Part shown: positions 12,020 through 24,700 of the stretch, piece after piece
Layout: every line of letters starts with the position of its first letter
How positions within the stretch are numbered: the first letter of the stretch is position 1
Source: Catajapyx aquilonaris
Lineage: Eukaryota
Direction: 5' to 3'
DNA length: 64,000 nt
NCBI GenBank assembly: GCA_000934665.2
Contig: KZ538117.1
Span: 62,001-126,000, forward strand
Position numbers and translations under genes: made by a program
Notes under the pieces: generated by a model
Database searches by the model: none
Told to the model about the DNA's origin: nothing
What the model saw: the letters and a program-made list of their open reading frames with translations, nothing else

Positions 12020-15000
12020 TAGTCTGGGAAAGAGCCTGATTAGCAAATGCCAAGTGCAATTATTGTAATTGACATTTTTAGCAAAATTAGCACGACTAAT
12101 CAGTGTAATTTGAAAGGCTTACTGTAATAATGGGCTAACCCACTACGTATCCGTAATGGTGGAAATTGATAATATTCCTGAATCATTATCTTCAACCTGT
12201 ATAGGTTAGCTCATTGTTGCAGTAAGTCATTATTTAATATTTAATAATTAATTGCATATCGATTACCAATTAGGAGTCATTTCAGTTACAAGATCGCCTC
12301 TAAAATTTTCATTTACCACACTTGACAATTTTTAGCAAAAGTGCCTCAATTTGTCACTCATAATCACTTGACAGCAACGAGAAAAAAAACATGACGTAAT
12401 ACCCCAAATGGCCAAGAGATGGCGAAAACAATCCCGCTATAAACGAATCGGGGGAGCCCCATCCGGAAATTCCAATATCCGCCATCCTAATCAAACCACC
12501 CTGTACCACGACTTATTCCACCCAACGTTTTAATCATTTCCTCCCCCAACTCCAGCTATTTCTCACTTCATATGATCTACCTGGAGTTCATATATGACCC
12601 AATAGATATAGACACCAGATCAATAGTGCTCGTGATTCGATTATATATATTTTTTCTAGTGCCCTTAACCGGAAAAACGTGTAGCATGTGTCTAAAAATC
12701 TACAGCGATATGGCCAAGCGTGACCAAAGCTGGTATAGAAATCAAAGGCCGCAATAGTGATGTTTATGGCCGCCTTTATCCCCGGAGTGATGTCCCGGCG
12801 GATAGCACAGCACGCTTTTTACTCCAGCTATTTGGGTGGGTGGCGGTAGGAGTCCGAATTTATCCGGGTAAGGGGGGGAAACCTGGCGAGTAATGGATTG
12901 CTGCCGGATTTCCCTGGACAATAGCTAATGGTCTGCCCAGACGAAAGGCCTACGAAACCACTTCTGGAGTCTGTAGTAATCTAACTGATTGTGCCGCATT
13001 TGTTAGGCCCAGAACCTCCAGCCGCTACGCTACTTTGGACCCGGCTTTTTTCGGCCACGAGTCAGTGAGCTTGTGTTTTTGGGCCGACCCACACGCCACA
13101 GTTTCGTGACGACTCGGAGGTACAACAGTGGCTTTCATCAACATTTCTCTGAGGGCATTTCCAATTACTTTGGCGGCGATAGGGAGCTGGAGGGATATGC
13201 ACTGCTGTTTCTAGCAGCAGATTGATGGCGGCTCATTTGCTCTACGCCTTGCTATAACCATCCGACGCCCACTTTTCCAGACGGCTTCATTTTACCCACC
13301 GATTTGTCCCACGCACACACAAAAAAATATGGCCTCTGAGGATCATTTTTATAAACAATGGAGACGGAATTAGGGACCTACTTTTCCTCTAAGAGTATGG
13401 ATTTGACAAAAAGGATCAGGTGGTGTGCGGTAGAATTTCTTTTATTTTTTTTTCCTGGTATAGGAGCAAGGCGATGTAACTTATTCTTGAGAAACGGTTA
13501 GACTGCCACCTGCAGTCAAGGGAGATTAATTAATTTCAGCTTTAAGGCTGAATATGGCACGACGTCCTCGATGTCGTGTAACAAATCTGTGGAGCGTGCT
13601 TCTAAAAACAACTGCAAGGACTTTTAAGAAGGACGTGCTTATATCAATACTAAGAGGAACCTCGTTATTATATAGGACACGTACAAAAAAAAAACACATC
13701 ACACTTGTAGCATGGCCCCAATTAAGATAACACTTTACACGGAAACGGCACTCAAAGAATGTGAATGTGAACCTTGAATAATAAACGTGCATGTGGCAAG
13801 AGGAATGATTAGTATTCTTTACAAAGAGCATAAAATGGTGACATTGGAACCTCATCTTTTTGGTCGTGACTGTACGAGGAAAAGGAGATGATTGGTAGTC
13901 CACTTGAGAAGCAGTTAGACACGATTGGTTGTAAGTTCTTGGAGTCATTTTTCGACTGAACACTTTGACACTGTGACACATAATTTAGAGACCTATCTTT
14001 AGTGACAGACGACAACGACATCTGTTGAAATGGGATGGCTGTGGTACCTTTATGGAGAATCCGGGGCCCCATTTCGCTGACTTCCAGATCGTTTGTGTCA
14101 CCAACGGTTGGTTCTTTGTTATTTCATTCCTACTATACACATTTTCTCTCCGAATTTCTCCCAGGAACCACACCAGTTCGGTTGGAGCTACCCTTTATTG
14201 CAAAGCCATACACCGTTTTGACACGACCGTTTAGAAATTTTCATCTGAAAATGGTATATTAAACACTGAAGCTGACTTTCTCTGTTAGCGTGAAATATTA
14301 GGGGTAAACTTATGAAATTATGAGTGGTATTGCACTTATTAAATCTCTGAGAACGTAAAAGGTTTAATAACATTTGAATATTTCTGGTTCATTAAAAAAT
14401 ACATATTAGGCCTATCCACCAAGTTGCTAGTAGTCGAACCAGCCTTCCAGTCACTACTAAAATTCAGCATTTAATAAAAAATTTAGCCAACCTTAAAATA
14501 GAAGCAGGTTACCTCCGCAACATTTCTTCTGTTCACCACGAAATGGTCAATCGGTCAGATCGACCATTAGGCTACCCACTATTTAATATTAATTTTAACT
14601 TAACTACTCTGTAGGCCTACGTGACTTTCATATTCCAATTGCAACTGTATATCGTCCGCGCTTCTCCCTTTCGCAAACTCTCTTCCGAATATTTCGGCGT
14701 GCAAAAAAATGGCAACAATTTGGTGTGGGTTGTGCAAGCGCATTCCCAACGCCTGGCTTAGGCCAAAGTGTGGAAATGACGTGTCATGTAGAGTGCGATG
14801 AAGCGAGGCGTCGCAATGTTTATTACGCTCACGTCAGGGCCCAATGAAATCCGGACTGTATGTTTCCATAGGTGTGATGGATTAGCTGGCATTTGAAGCC
14901 ATACATCAATGTCCGGGGTGGAGCAGCACTCGGTACCATATGGTGTGGGCCATGTGTATGTGCATAATCACTATCGGCCTATCGCCCAAAGCTAGCAAGC

Positions 15001-16336
15001 TGCCCCCACAGTGATTAAAGACCACCCGGATGCCGAATGAAATTCCTCTAATTAGAGAATTATTAATGAGGTTTCATCTGCCCAATTCGCAAGTACTGTC
15101 CTTAAGAATGTGTGGCAAAACAGAATTCCACCGCATTGCACTTGCTACCAAAATCATCAATCACAGCCTCCAATTAAAGTTACATCGAAGCAAGGTTGAG
15201 GATTAAGGAGGGTGCACTAAATTATGGAGCCCACGCCAAGACGAAGGACCCTGTTTCATATTCTAGAGTAGGGGGGAAGGGGGGAAGGGTGGAGAGTGGG
15301 GAGGAAACACCCACCCTCCACCTCTATATCCACCCTCAACAGAGTCCCCGCTGTGTAACTTTCAAGACGTGAGCATCACTGTGTACATTTCATAAGCCAG
15401 AGAAAATTAACAGAGCCGCAGAGCCATGGACTTTAACCCCCTACCCCACCCCCTCTCCCTTACCCAAACCATCCCCCGCCAAAACCCTCCTCGGGAAATT
15501 ATTCATTATCTTTAAACACCCGCGGTCCATTTGGGAATACGACCCACATTGCTTCAAGTCTCACTTTTGAGTGGTCCGCAGGCATGTCGGTCGGACATTG
15601 TGTCCAATTAGTGGACAGTGGGTAAGACTTGCCTTCAAAAGAACACGAATTTTTGACCCCAAAAAAATAATTGGGAGGGGTCTAAAAACATGGTCACAAG
15701 CAGGGAGGGGTTAGTAGGTTCAACATCATATCATCATCAGAGCCATAGAGTGTGCCACTTTGATACCCAAGTATGCATAATCTTATGCATAGTCATACCC
15801 TCATGCACCGCCACTTTGATCAAATCAAAAATCCAGTCCGGGTAATACCTCGCCAGTTGAAAAACTAAGAACTGCATGTTACAGTAATAAATCCGCCCTT
15901 AACCTGGCTATCGCGTTATAGACCGCCTATCTCTTTCGGCCTGGTAGCTTCCGAAAAAAAAACAACGGCGGGTTGTTTTGGCAGCGTTAAAGTCAATAAT
16001 GGAAGTCCCCAGAGGCATTGCTGCAGTATTCTGTGGTATAGCTTAGGATTACCCCCTCCCCGTCTCTAGCCAACCTATGTGTTGGGCAAGAATCAATAAC
16101 GTCAATTTTTTTCACCTCTCAAAAATGTACTTTTTCCCCGCAACTGCCAGGTAATTAGACACTAATTACACCGTATGACCTGCAGTGACAGGTATGGGTG
16201 GGGCATTGGATGCATTACCAAAGCAGTCGAGTGAGATGGCAAGGGGCTTGAGAGCTTAGGGAACGAGATGGAGATTGGCTAGAGTTATCCGAGAGAGGGG
16301 AGAGGCGGGGATAGAGGGAGGGAGGGAGGGAGGGAG

Positions 16337-16456
16337 NNNNNNNNNNNNNNNNNNNNNNNNNNNNNNNNNNNNNNNNNNNNNNNNNNNNNNNNNNNNNNNN
16401 NNNNNNNNNNNNNNNNNNNNNNNNNNNNNNNNNNNNNNNNNNNNNNNNNNNNNNNN
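16337..16456. other. Assembly gap (others at 19276-19412, 46267-46285, 63470-63520)
   Basis: Runs of N; three of the four are flanked by G- or C-runs. Confidence 0.99.
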
Positions 16457-17760
16457 GGGGGTTAGGGGGTAGGAGACCGACTATGAAGAGAAGCCTATGG
16501 TGTCAAGCGGCAAAGTTCAGACAAGGCCTGCCTTTCAATCATGTATGCATTAATTTGGGCTCATCTTCGTTGGGCCCTTGAATTATCGAAGATCGTCGAA
16601 AGAGGACACAATTCTATGGAAGGAGGAGTGGTATGCCGTTTCATTATGGATTTTGTCGGGTATACGGATGTTCTTTAGTGCGAGGGCTGTCGTAATTGAA
16701 TCGATGACTGATGGAAGTGCTAGAGAAATAGAAAAGACTATTATTTTGGGAGCTCAGTTCGGTCTGTGTCGAGATAAGTGTACAGCTGATTACAGTTGTG
16801 TCATATAAGGAAGCCTTTCGTGGTGTATGTACTGCGTTCATTTTTATGGCGCTGTGTACGGTCGGTCATGTGCAATTTACTTATATGAGCCTGGCCATAT
16901 CGTTTTTTTTAACTAACAAAGGGGCAGGAAGAAAGGAGTGGATATTGCATGATACCCTGGCCCCTAAAATAATAATGTTAGTCGTCTCCACATAAAACTG
17001 CATATTGTAGGCTGATGCAAACGCGTTCAGAGTATAATAGCAGGTATTTATACCTCACTCCTGCCTCTGCCTTTAATTATTAAGGCAGCAATCCGACCCA
17101 CTGTTCACTTCGCAATATGGTTGAAAAAAAACACACACCCAATCCCCAGAGAAGTGTATGAAAACGGGAATAATCGAATGCCTTGTATACTGTAGGCTTG
17201 TCCTGATTGTAGCATATGCCTTTCCTCTCGAAAAAATAAAATGTAAAATATTAAAATATGCTGATGTCCTCTATGATTGAACACGCCGATTATGCTTGGG
17301 GCAGAGACTTCATTCTATGTGACACTCCATGCATGACATTCCCTCTGCGGGATTTCTGGATCCCCTACGGGTGCGTTCCCCTTCCATGCCTAATAAACAG
17401 CCAGCAGGGCTTGTTATCACCTTTTTTTGCAATTACGTACTGTCCTCGGTAGGGACTCTCCAGTCGTCCATTTTTTTTGTGGCTGTCTACTTATCAATGT
17501 TGTTTACGCATTAGAACTGAAATGGCATGGGTAATAAATATGCATAGAGAAATCTCAACTTTTAAGTGGGTAAAAAACAAATTAGGTTCATAATGACATG
17601 CGATATTCCTGTTAATATCAAAATATTGGAATGGTGTCATGTCACATGGGGACAAAACCCCATCAACTTTCAGAACTGTAAGGGCACATAATCAAGCGTC
17701 ATGCCAAAGGAGAATATCGGCTGTTTGACCTTCATACTTCCTATTAGTGGGTTACCAACT

Positions 17761-18169
17761 GAAGTAGGTTGGTGGAGTAGATAAGGTGTCCGACTGCTAA
17801 TCGGAAGGTCCTGGGTTCGAGCCCTGGGGCCGGGGATCCTAACCATGGTTTTCTGTGGTTTTCCACGGTCCTCCCAGGAAAATTCCGGGGTCGCTTCCTA
17901 AATAATAGGCCACTGCCGCTTTCTTCCTTTCCTATCCTTGTCCCATACATGAGGAGGTGCGTTGTCGGTGGGGATTTCTGACCCGCATCTAGCGGTCATG
18001 TTGCGAACGGGCCCCCTGAGGGACTGCACACGACCCCCACCATGAGACATTGTACTTGCACCAGTCCCCCCCCCCCTCATTATCCCTATCCTGTCCCCTG
18101 CACTGAATGGTGGTATTCCACCCCCCTAAGAGGGCCTAGGGCCCTAGCACGGGGTACAACAACAACAAA
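17761..18169 (+). mobile_element. tRNA-derived SINE, apparently full length, with (CAA)n tail and 18-bp TSD
   Basis: Perfect TSD attagtgggttaccaact at 17743-17760 and 18170-18187. A-box-like tggtggagtag (17770-17780), anticodon-like arm tccga-ctgctaa-tcgga, B box ggttcgagccc (17814-17824), 3' tail caacaacaacaaa. Confidence 0.93.
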
Positions 18170-19696
18170 ATTAGTGGGTTACCAACTTTCATAACAAAGC
18201 ACACATTAATCAACTTATGCAAAAACCTTAATGACATATGGACTTAGATGCGATATTTTCTTGGGAATTAGGCTATACCTAAATAAAATATAGGCATATC
18301 ACAGTTTTTGCACCACCACCACCACCATCACCATCATTCGCCCACAGGTGATGCAATTGGCGACTATTGTCTTATATAGCTGCAAAAATATTTAGGCCTA
18401 TACTACGGTATATGACACTTCACTTAAAACGGTAAATTTTTCAGTGCGTACTGTACATCATGTGGCTAAACTTAAACGGATGAATGAACTTGCTGACAAA
18501 ATATTTAATGTGTTTCACAGCACAATTCTCAACATGCTTTACCACAACATGACGAAGCTGACGTTAATTACTTCATAAATTCGACAGTAATAAGCACATT
18601 TGACACACCCTACGAACAAGTGTCGGATTATCTTACCATCCACGCTCAGCATATCACACAAATTGGTGTCAAAAAATATGAATTAAATGAACATTTCGTA
18701 ACCAAAATTTTTCTACCATCGTTCTCAAAATATGGCAACCCTTGACGATCCTCAGATCAGTCTTCACAATCCTTAGATCACAGTGTCGGATAGATTTCGG
18801 ATTTGAACGGCTGGAAAATGTCAAGAGGCAAATGAAGGCTTTGAAATGACGTCCTTCATAATTATTTCTGGTGAAGAAGTTGGCCTATGCTGGCGATGAC
18901 GTCCCGTCTCCGCCTTTTCCCTTTTTCTGCTCCTTATCTAGTTTTTTCCCCCCTTACTTTCTCCTTGGTTCCCAAGTTGAGAGGAAAAAAACGTGAGGAG
19001 GAGAAAAAAAAATGAAGTGGTTGCAAGGATGGAGGAAATAAAGAGTTGGGGTTGTGTAGGGAGCGTTTCCTGGCGATCAATTTTTCTTCTAAAGGCCTAC
19101 CCCCGTCCTCATTGGAAGAGATAATGGAGCCCGGGAGGAGGGCCACAATTATTTCCAAATTTACTTTCCCTCTTGCCCGATTCGGCCTCCGGATCGCAAA
19201 TTTAAATTGCGTCTTGATGCCCTCGCGGGAATTGTGGATGCACTTCTTCACCAAAGAAAAAAGGGCCCTGGATGCNNNNNNNNNNNNNNNNNNNNNNNNN
19301 NNNNNNNNNNNNNNNNNNNNNNNNNNNNNNNNNNNNNNNNNNNNNNNNNNNNNNNNNNNNNNNNNNNNNNNNNNNNNNNNNNNNNNNNNNNNNNNNNNNN
19401 NNNNNNNNNNNNCCATCTTTTTTTTTTTACCAAGCAATAAACGTTGGGAAGTTGGAATAGCCTGGGAGATAATTATTTTGCAGGTCTATATAGACATGAG
19501 GAGACAATAAAAAAGGGAGGAAGAGAGGGACCCCTTTTTGTCCCTCGACCACCCCGATATAATGACCAACACGAGTCAGGGCAAATGGACAATTCCGGCC
19601 GTTGCTATGACGCAAATCTCAGCTGGCGTGGGCTGTTGTTGAGCTTGGTGATTTAAAGCAAGCCTCCGCTAGATGTCGCCAAAGTTCACACGTGTC

Positions 19697-19772
<76 letters not shown>
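19697..19772. repeat. (AAT)n microsatellite
   Basis: About 25 perfect trinucleotide units. Confidence 0.98.
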
Positions 19773-20460
19773 GCAGACTACTTCATGTGAAAACCTTTAG
19801 GATGGTACTCTCTGAAAGTGTTTCGCTTGAGTCCTTAGCCAGAGGAAATGGTCTCTTACTGAGCTGACCCATGTCCTGAGGTCAAAAGAATCAGCCTTGG
19901 GGCGAGGGGTTGTTGCTATCCAGAGGATTCGGATGTGGTCTGGTGATGAGAGGGCAGAACCTTGCAATTTATTGCCGATTTGGGGGATTTTCCTCTTGAT
20001 AGGTGCAGACTTGCTGGTTTTGAAGGACTCTTTTATGCAGAGTGGTTGCTTGGTTGGTGTGAGACTCGGCGACCTGAACAAATAAGATTCATCTCTTCTT
20101 CTCGGGAATAGGTTGCTGGGTTGCCTGTCAGTTACGTGTAGCGTGTTGAGGACGTCATTGAATTTCCTGCCTTCGCGTGCTGAGTGGATAGGATCTTGGG
20201 ATGCTTTCTTTGCCTATTTTTTTCCTTGAAAGAAATATATTGCTGCGGGAAAACGCTGTTCATGTCACCTGAAATATGTTTTATTTGGGCAACTTCGGGT
20301 GAGAAAGTACGACGGCGTCTCACTTATTTTGCAGTTTGCCTACTTTTCTGATTATCCCCGTCGCATGCTTTGAACATGGGTGTAAGATACACTTAGCGTA
20401 AAGTAGGAATTAAATATAAGATTAATGTAGTAATATTCATATAATAGATTTTTGCTATAG

Positions 20461-20582
20461 CCTCCTGAGACCCCTGGTACAGTATACTGTACCTTTGCTT
20501 TTGTTTTTTACGCGTTTGAGTTAGTCAGAAGGTTCTGGAAAAAAACAAAGGTACAGTATACTGTACCAGGGGTCTCAGGAGG
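20461..20582. mobile_element. 122-bp fold-back MITE, piggyBac-like termini
   Basis: Perfect 37-bp TIR cctcctgagacccctggtacagtatactgtacctttg. Flanks atag / ataa could be an eroded TTAA-type target. Superfamily is tentative. Confidence 0.8.
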
Positions 20583-21686
20583 ATAAGGCTAATAATGTAG
20601 GCTGTACCAACTGCAAGAATGGCATATGTACTGTGCTACATACTCACTTGAATATGAATACTTTACACTCACATGGATGGATAAATTCTCTCGTGCTTTA
20701 AATAAATGGAAAGTAATATAAAAGGGCTAAAAGGGTTCCCTGAAACTCTTTTCGATTTGCTACAAGAAAAGAAGAAAAGTAGCGCCATATACAATCTACA
20801 ATGGCTTCAGCGAGATAATGGCCGTTCATATGAGCTTATAAAATTTTCATTCTAGTTCATCAAAACTTGCTTTTAAAGTTACCCGCTAGCCCACTTAAGT
20901 ATTCATGCAATATTTCACCCTCAGTCCGCACATAGAAGCCAGGCCCTCCTGCATAAGAAGTCATAAATATATGATGCGCGACGCTGTGGGGGTGACGAAT
21001 TACTATTATTTGCCTAGAACCTATTTCAGACTGATAATTGCAGGAAGGAACATTTTGCAGCTGGAAGCATGGATAAGAATAATGTGTCAAAAAAGGAAAG
21101 AAAATTCGTGTATTAAATAATGAAGCATTGCGCAACCTACTTTATGCCTCACAATACTTTATGATGAGAAAGCTTAACTTAATTTGAGATTGAAAAGGGT
21201 GTATTATTTTGCACAACTAGGTTGCAACACACACTCCTGACAACAGGGCCTTGCACAGGGTGTTTCCCTTAAAAGTATAATAAAAGAAAAAAGTATATTA
21301 CAACCTAGAATACTGCAGCACGTTATTATAATTTCCACTCAGAATTCTGTACGCCATAACAAGAGCCTTGAGCGACAGCCAAGCTATCCGGATAGAAAAA
21401 ATCCTTAGATTTCAGGGTGATCCATCCTTAAGGTGTTGCGATTCCTGTAGCGAAAAATCGTGTTTCCCTTAATTCCCAAGATCCCATCCTCCCAGCGGGT
21501 AATTCCATTTTCATCCGACTATAAGATCCGGTTCGTTTCCCGCAAGAAAACTCTGTTGTAGTATCCTTCCTACGCCCAGCCTGAAATTGATCAGTGAGAG
21601 GAAGGCGATACTGTTCCAACTCTCTTTGCTGTTCCGGATGTTATTATTACCGTGGCGAATGACATTGTTTCCCTTTCTACCGGAAA

Positions 21687-21755
<69 letters not shown>
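21687..21755. repeat. (AG)n microsatellite
   Basis: AG run with one interruption; source of the spurious RE-repeat ORFs. Confidence 0.98.
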
Positions 21756-21759
<4 letters not shown>

Positions 21760-24700
21760 TACGGAAACCTTTATCTTCGGAAGAAATCATGGCCACCGGC
21801 AAGTAGAAGAGACGCTTCTTTTGCTTGGCAAATTTTTGTAGCGGCTGCTGATCCTAGGAGATTTCCGTCCTCTTTCTGAGCGGTCCCTGAGGAGCAAGTT
21901 GTTTTTGTTGCCTAGTATTTGAGATTTTTTTTTCTTCCTCCTCATAAGCTCTAACGGTTATGGCTTTCAAGAGCACCGCTACCTTGATGAGAGGACTGCA
22001 TGGTAGCGATAGTATCAGTTTTCGCATTGCTGGTTCCCAAATTGTTGTCAAAATGCCCATAGGCCATAGTATAATAAATTTGTGCAACCTTTCATGCCGT
22101 CTATTATATACGATGTAAGATAAGACACAATGTTCTGCATCTCTCCTGTAAGCATGCAACCATTGGTATCAGTTTCGTTCTCGACTATGATGTCACACGG
22201 TGGGTGAGTGGAGCGTGTTGTTCAAGTTATGCTTTGTGAATCGAGCCACTTGGCTGAAGATGGGGCACAAAGCCAGTGGTAAATTTGATACAGAGGCACA
22301 GTTGGAACTGCTTTCAGCAGAAACCTCTGGGGTTCTTCAATAACTCGAGATGCGACTAATCATATTGTTTCATTACCTCTGTTCTGAGACGATTCTGGGT
22401 AATGACTTTTCTGCATGGCTTTGCCCACATGCAGGGTCAAATACCTGGCTAGTACAGCCAAATCCTCTCCAGTAGTGGTTGACCACGATTATTCTGGCTG
22501 AGCAGCTCTCTAGGAGTTCCAGTATATTTTAAAATTTAATTGTGCAGTTAAGATACGGATTAGCGCAGTGAAGATAAGCGAGTGTTTATGCAGAGAGGAA
22601 ATTCGGTCCGTGAATTTAATCAACAACCTAGGCGTTATCACTCACGAACATATGGGTCACTGGACAACACGAATATTTAGAGTGGAAAAAGATTTTGAAC
22701 TCTACTGTACTCGGGTGTGAGTCTAATTCAGGAAATAATATTGCGCCCGTCTTAAGACAGAGACGTAATTATCCGGCCCGTTCTGTTTCCAGGGAAATAC
22801 TTCTCGCAAATGGGATTATTCTGCACCCACAAACAGGAGCTTTGATCAAAGTTTTCATCGGGCCATGTTGCGACATTTTTGAAAGGGCATAAAGCCTTCC
22901 TCGTTTGTAATTTCGAAGCTCTATTGGAGCAATTAGGGATTGGAATTAGAAAGACCATTAGAAAGAGGTGTAATATTACTTCCTAATGAAAATCCTCCAT
23001 GATCAGATCAGTAGTTGTCTCTCTGTTGCCACTTTGTTGGGGGTCCTTCCATTTTGGGCTCTTGTATTCTGTCAGTCTTTTCATCTGAGTCAGTAGGATT
23101 GTTTTGAATCTTTTTCCTTCACTGCGTCTGTACAAGTCGTTGCTGCACAGTTTCTCTGTGTGTCCTTTTGCCGTCATCCCACCCGACTCTCGGTGAGGTA
23201 TTTATAATCATTTGGTTTTTTTTTTGCTGAAGCCGATGTTCCAACTAAGACCGTATTTCCAGCCCACGCCTAGTATTGTGACATACTTGGCCATGAAGTG
23301 GGCTAAATTCGACTGGGATTGTGCAACCTACTGCGTGATATCCATTTGGAGGACTTAGGGGATTGTTTGCTCATTTCTCTTGCGTCAAGTGTTCCGGGAC
23401 CGCAGAACGTGGATTAGAGAATGAAACCAGTTATTGAGTGTACCTGTCTATCAAGAGTATGACCAACTTTGTAGTTCCTAGATGCGTAGTATGTCAGTGC
23501 AGATAATTTTCTGTGCCTATTATAAAAAAGTTTGTTTGTCCAGGTTTGGACCATAGCAACTGGCCTTTAGTAATACAATTTAATTTGTGATATTGCGAGA
23601 CATTTATTTATTTTTATACCCATAAGGTTGGTATACCTTTTTAGGGGGATATTACAAGAAATGAATGGAGAAAATTCACAAAGTATATTTATTCCCTTGC
23701 TATTCTCCTCCACCAATAACAGGGCACAAAATCCTGAAATGCATTCCGTCGAATGCATCTCAGATCGAAGAAACTGTGTAAGTTAAGAATTGAATTTGAC
23801 GATGGAGGTGCGTCACGTTGTCGCCCTGACTTTTACTCTGAAAGGAAGCTGAAAAAAGGAAATCCGATTTCATAGTTTTCTATTTTCAACGCGTCTGTAA
23901 CACACACCTGTGTCAGAGTGCCGCCTTTGACTCACTTGAATATGCTGATTCAGGAAAAGAGAGTGTCTGCCGGTGTTTCACCATCCATTTGCATCCTAAA
24001 TGGAGGCTGGATTTTTGAACCTCCTTCGCTTATTGCCATTCTCGCTAATATTATTTTGTACTCCATATATTTTCCTAATAGCATGAAAAAGTTGCCAGCT
24101 TTACCTGAGGCAATCATGATTTTTCGTGTGCTCAGCCGGCAGCTCCTCTCTCTTTTTTTTGCTACTTAATGTAACACACTGGGACTAAAGAAAGGAGATT
24201 GGAATTGAAGACAGAAGTACAAGTAAAACAACCTAAACTTCCCACAAAAGATATTAAGCCTGCGGGTCGGTTCTCTTTTTTGTGTACTGAAAGGAGGAAG
24301 AAAAATTAGAAGCAAGGTTCCTTTGTAAGTACACGAGAGGTAAAGAACAATAGTTGGCTTTACATAAAGCAAACACTGCTCTAGTCTACATCTAACCAAT
24401 CTCAGAAATTAGGCGAGTCGCTATACTTAAATCAGCGCTAAGTAACTTGCTCATTTGTTTTGCATTGTAAGAACAGTACCGCTCTTAAACTGATTCCCTT
24501 TTATTCTTATTGTTGATTTTGTGATAGGCACAGCAGTTGAACTATTTTTAACACAGATCTAAGAAAGACGAGACCACACAAATCGCTCAAAGGTTACAGA
24601 CGGCTTGTGCAGAAAGGCCAAAAGAGCACACTAGAACGTGCTCAATCGCCGATCGTGCTCCCATTCGTTTCAGAAAGATTAGAGTTGAGGGTTCTACTAA

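Noticed and set aside
15270..16470. G-rich, G-quadruplex-like tracts
   Set aside because: Simple low-complexity runs, partly abutting an assembly gap, with no evidence of function.
17761..17835. Functional tRNA-Ser(GCT)
   Set aside because: No proper acceptor stem or long variable arm; it is the head of a TSD-flanked SINE.
21160..21240. C/D box snoRNA (atgatga...ctga)
   Set aside because: No terminal stem and no recognisable rRNA/snRNA antisense element; such motifs are expected by chance.
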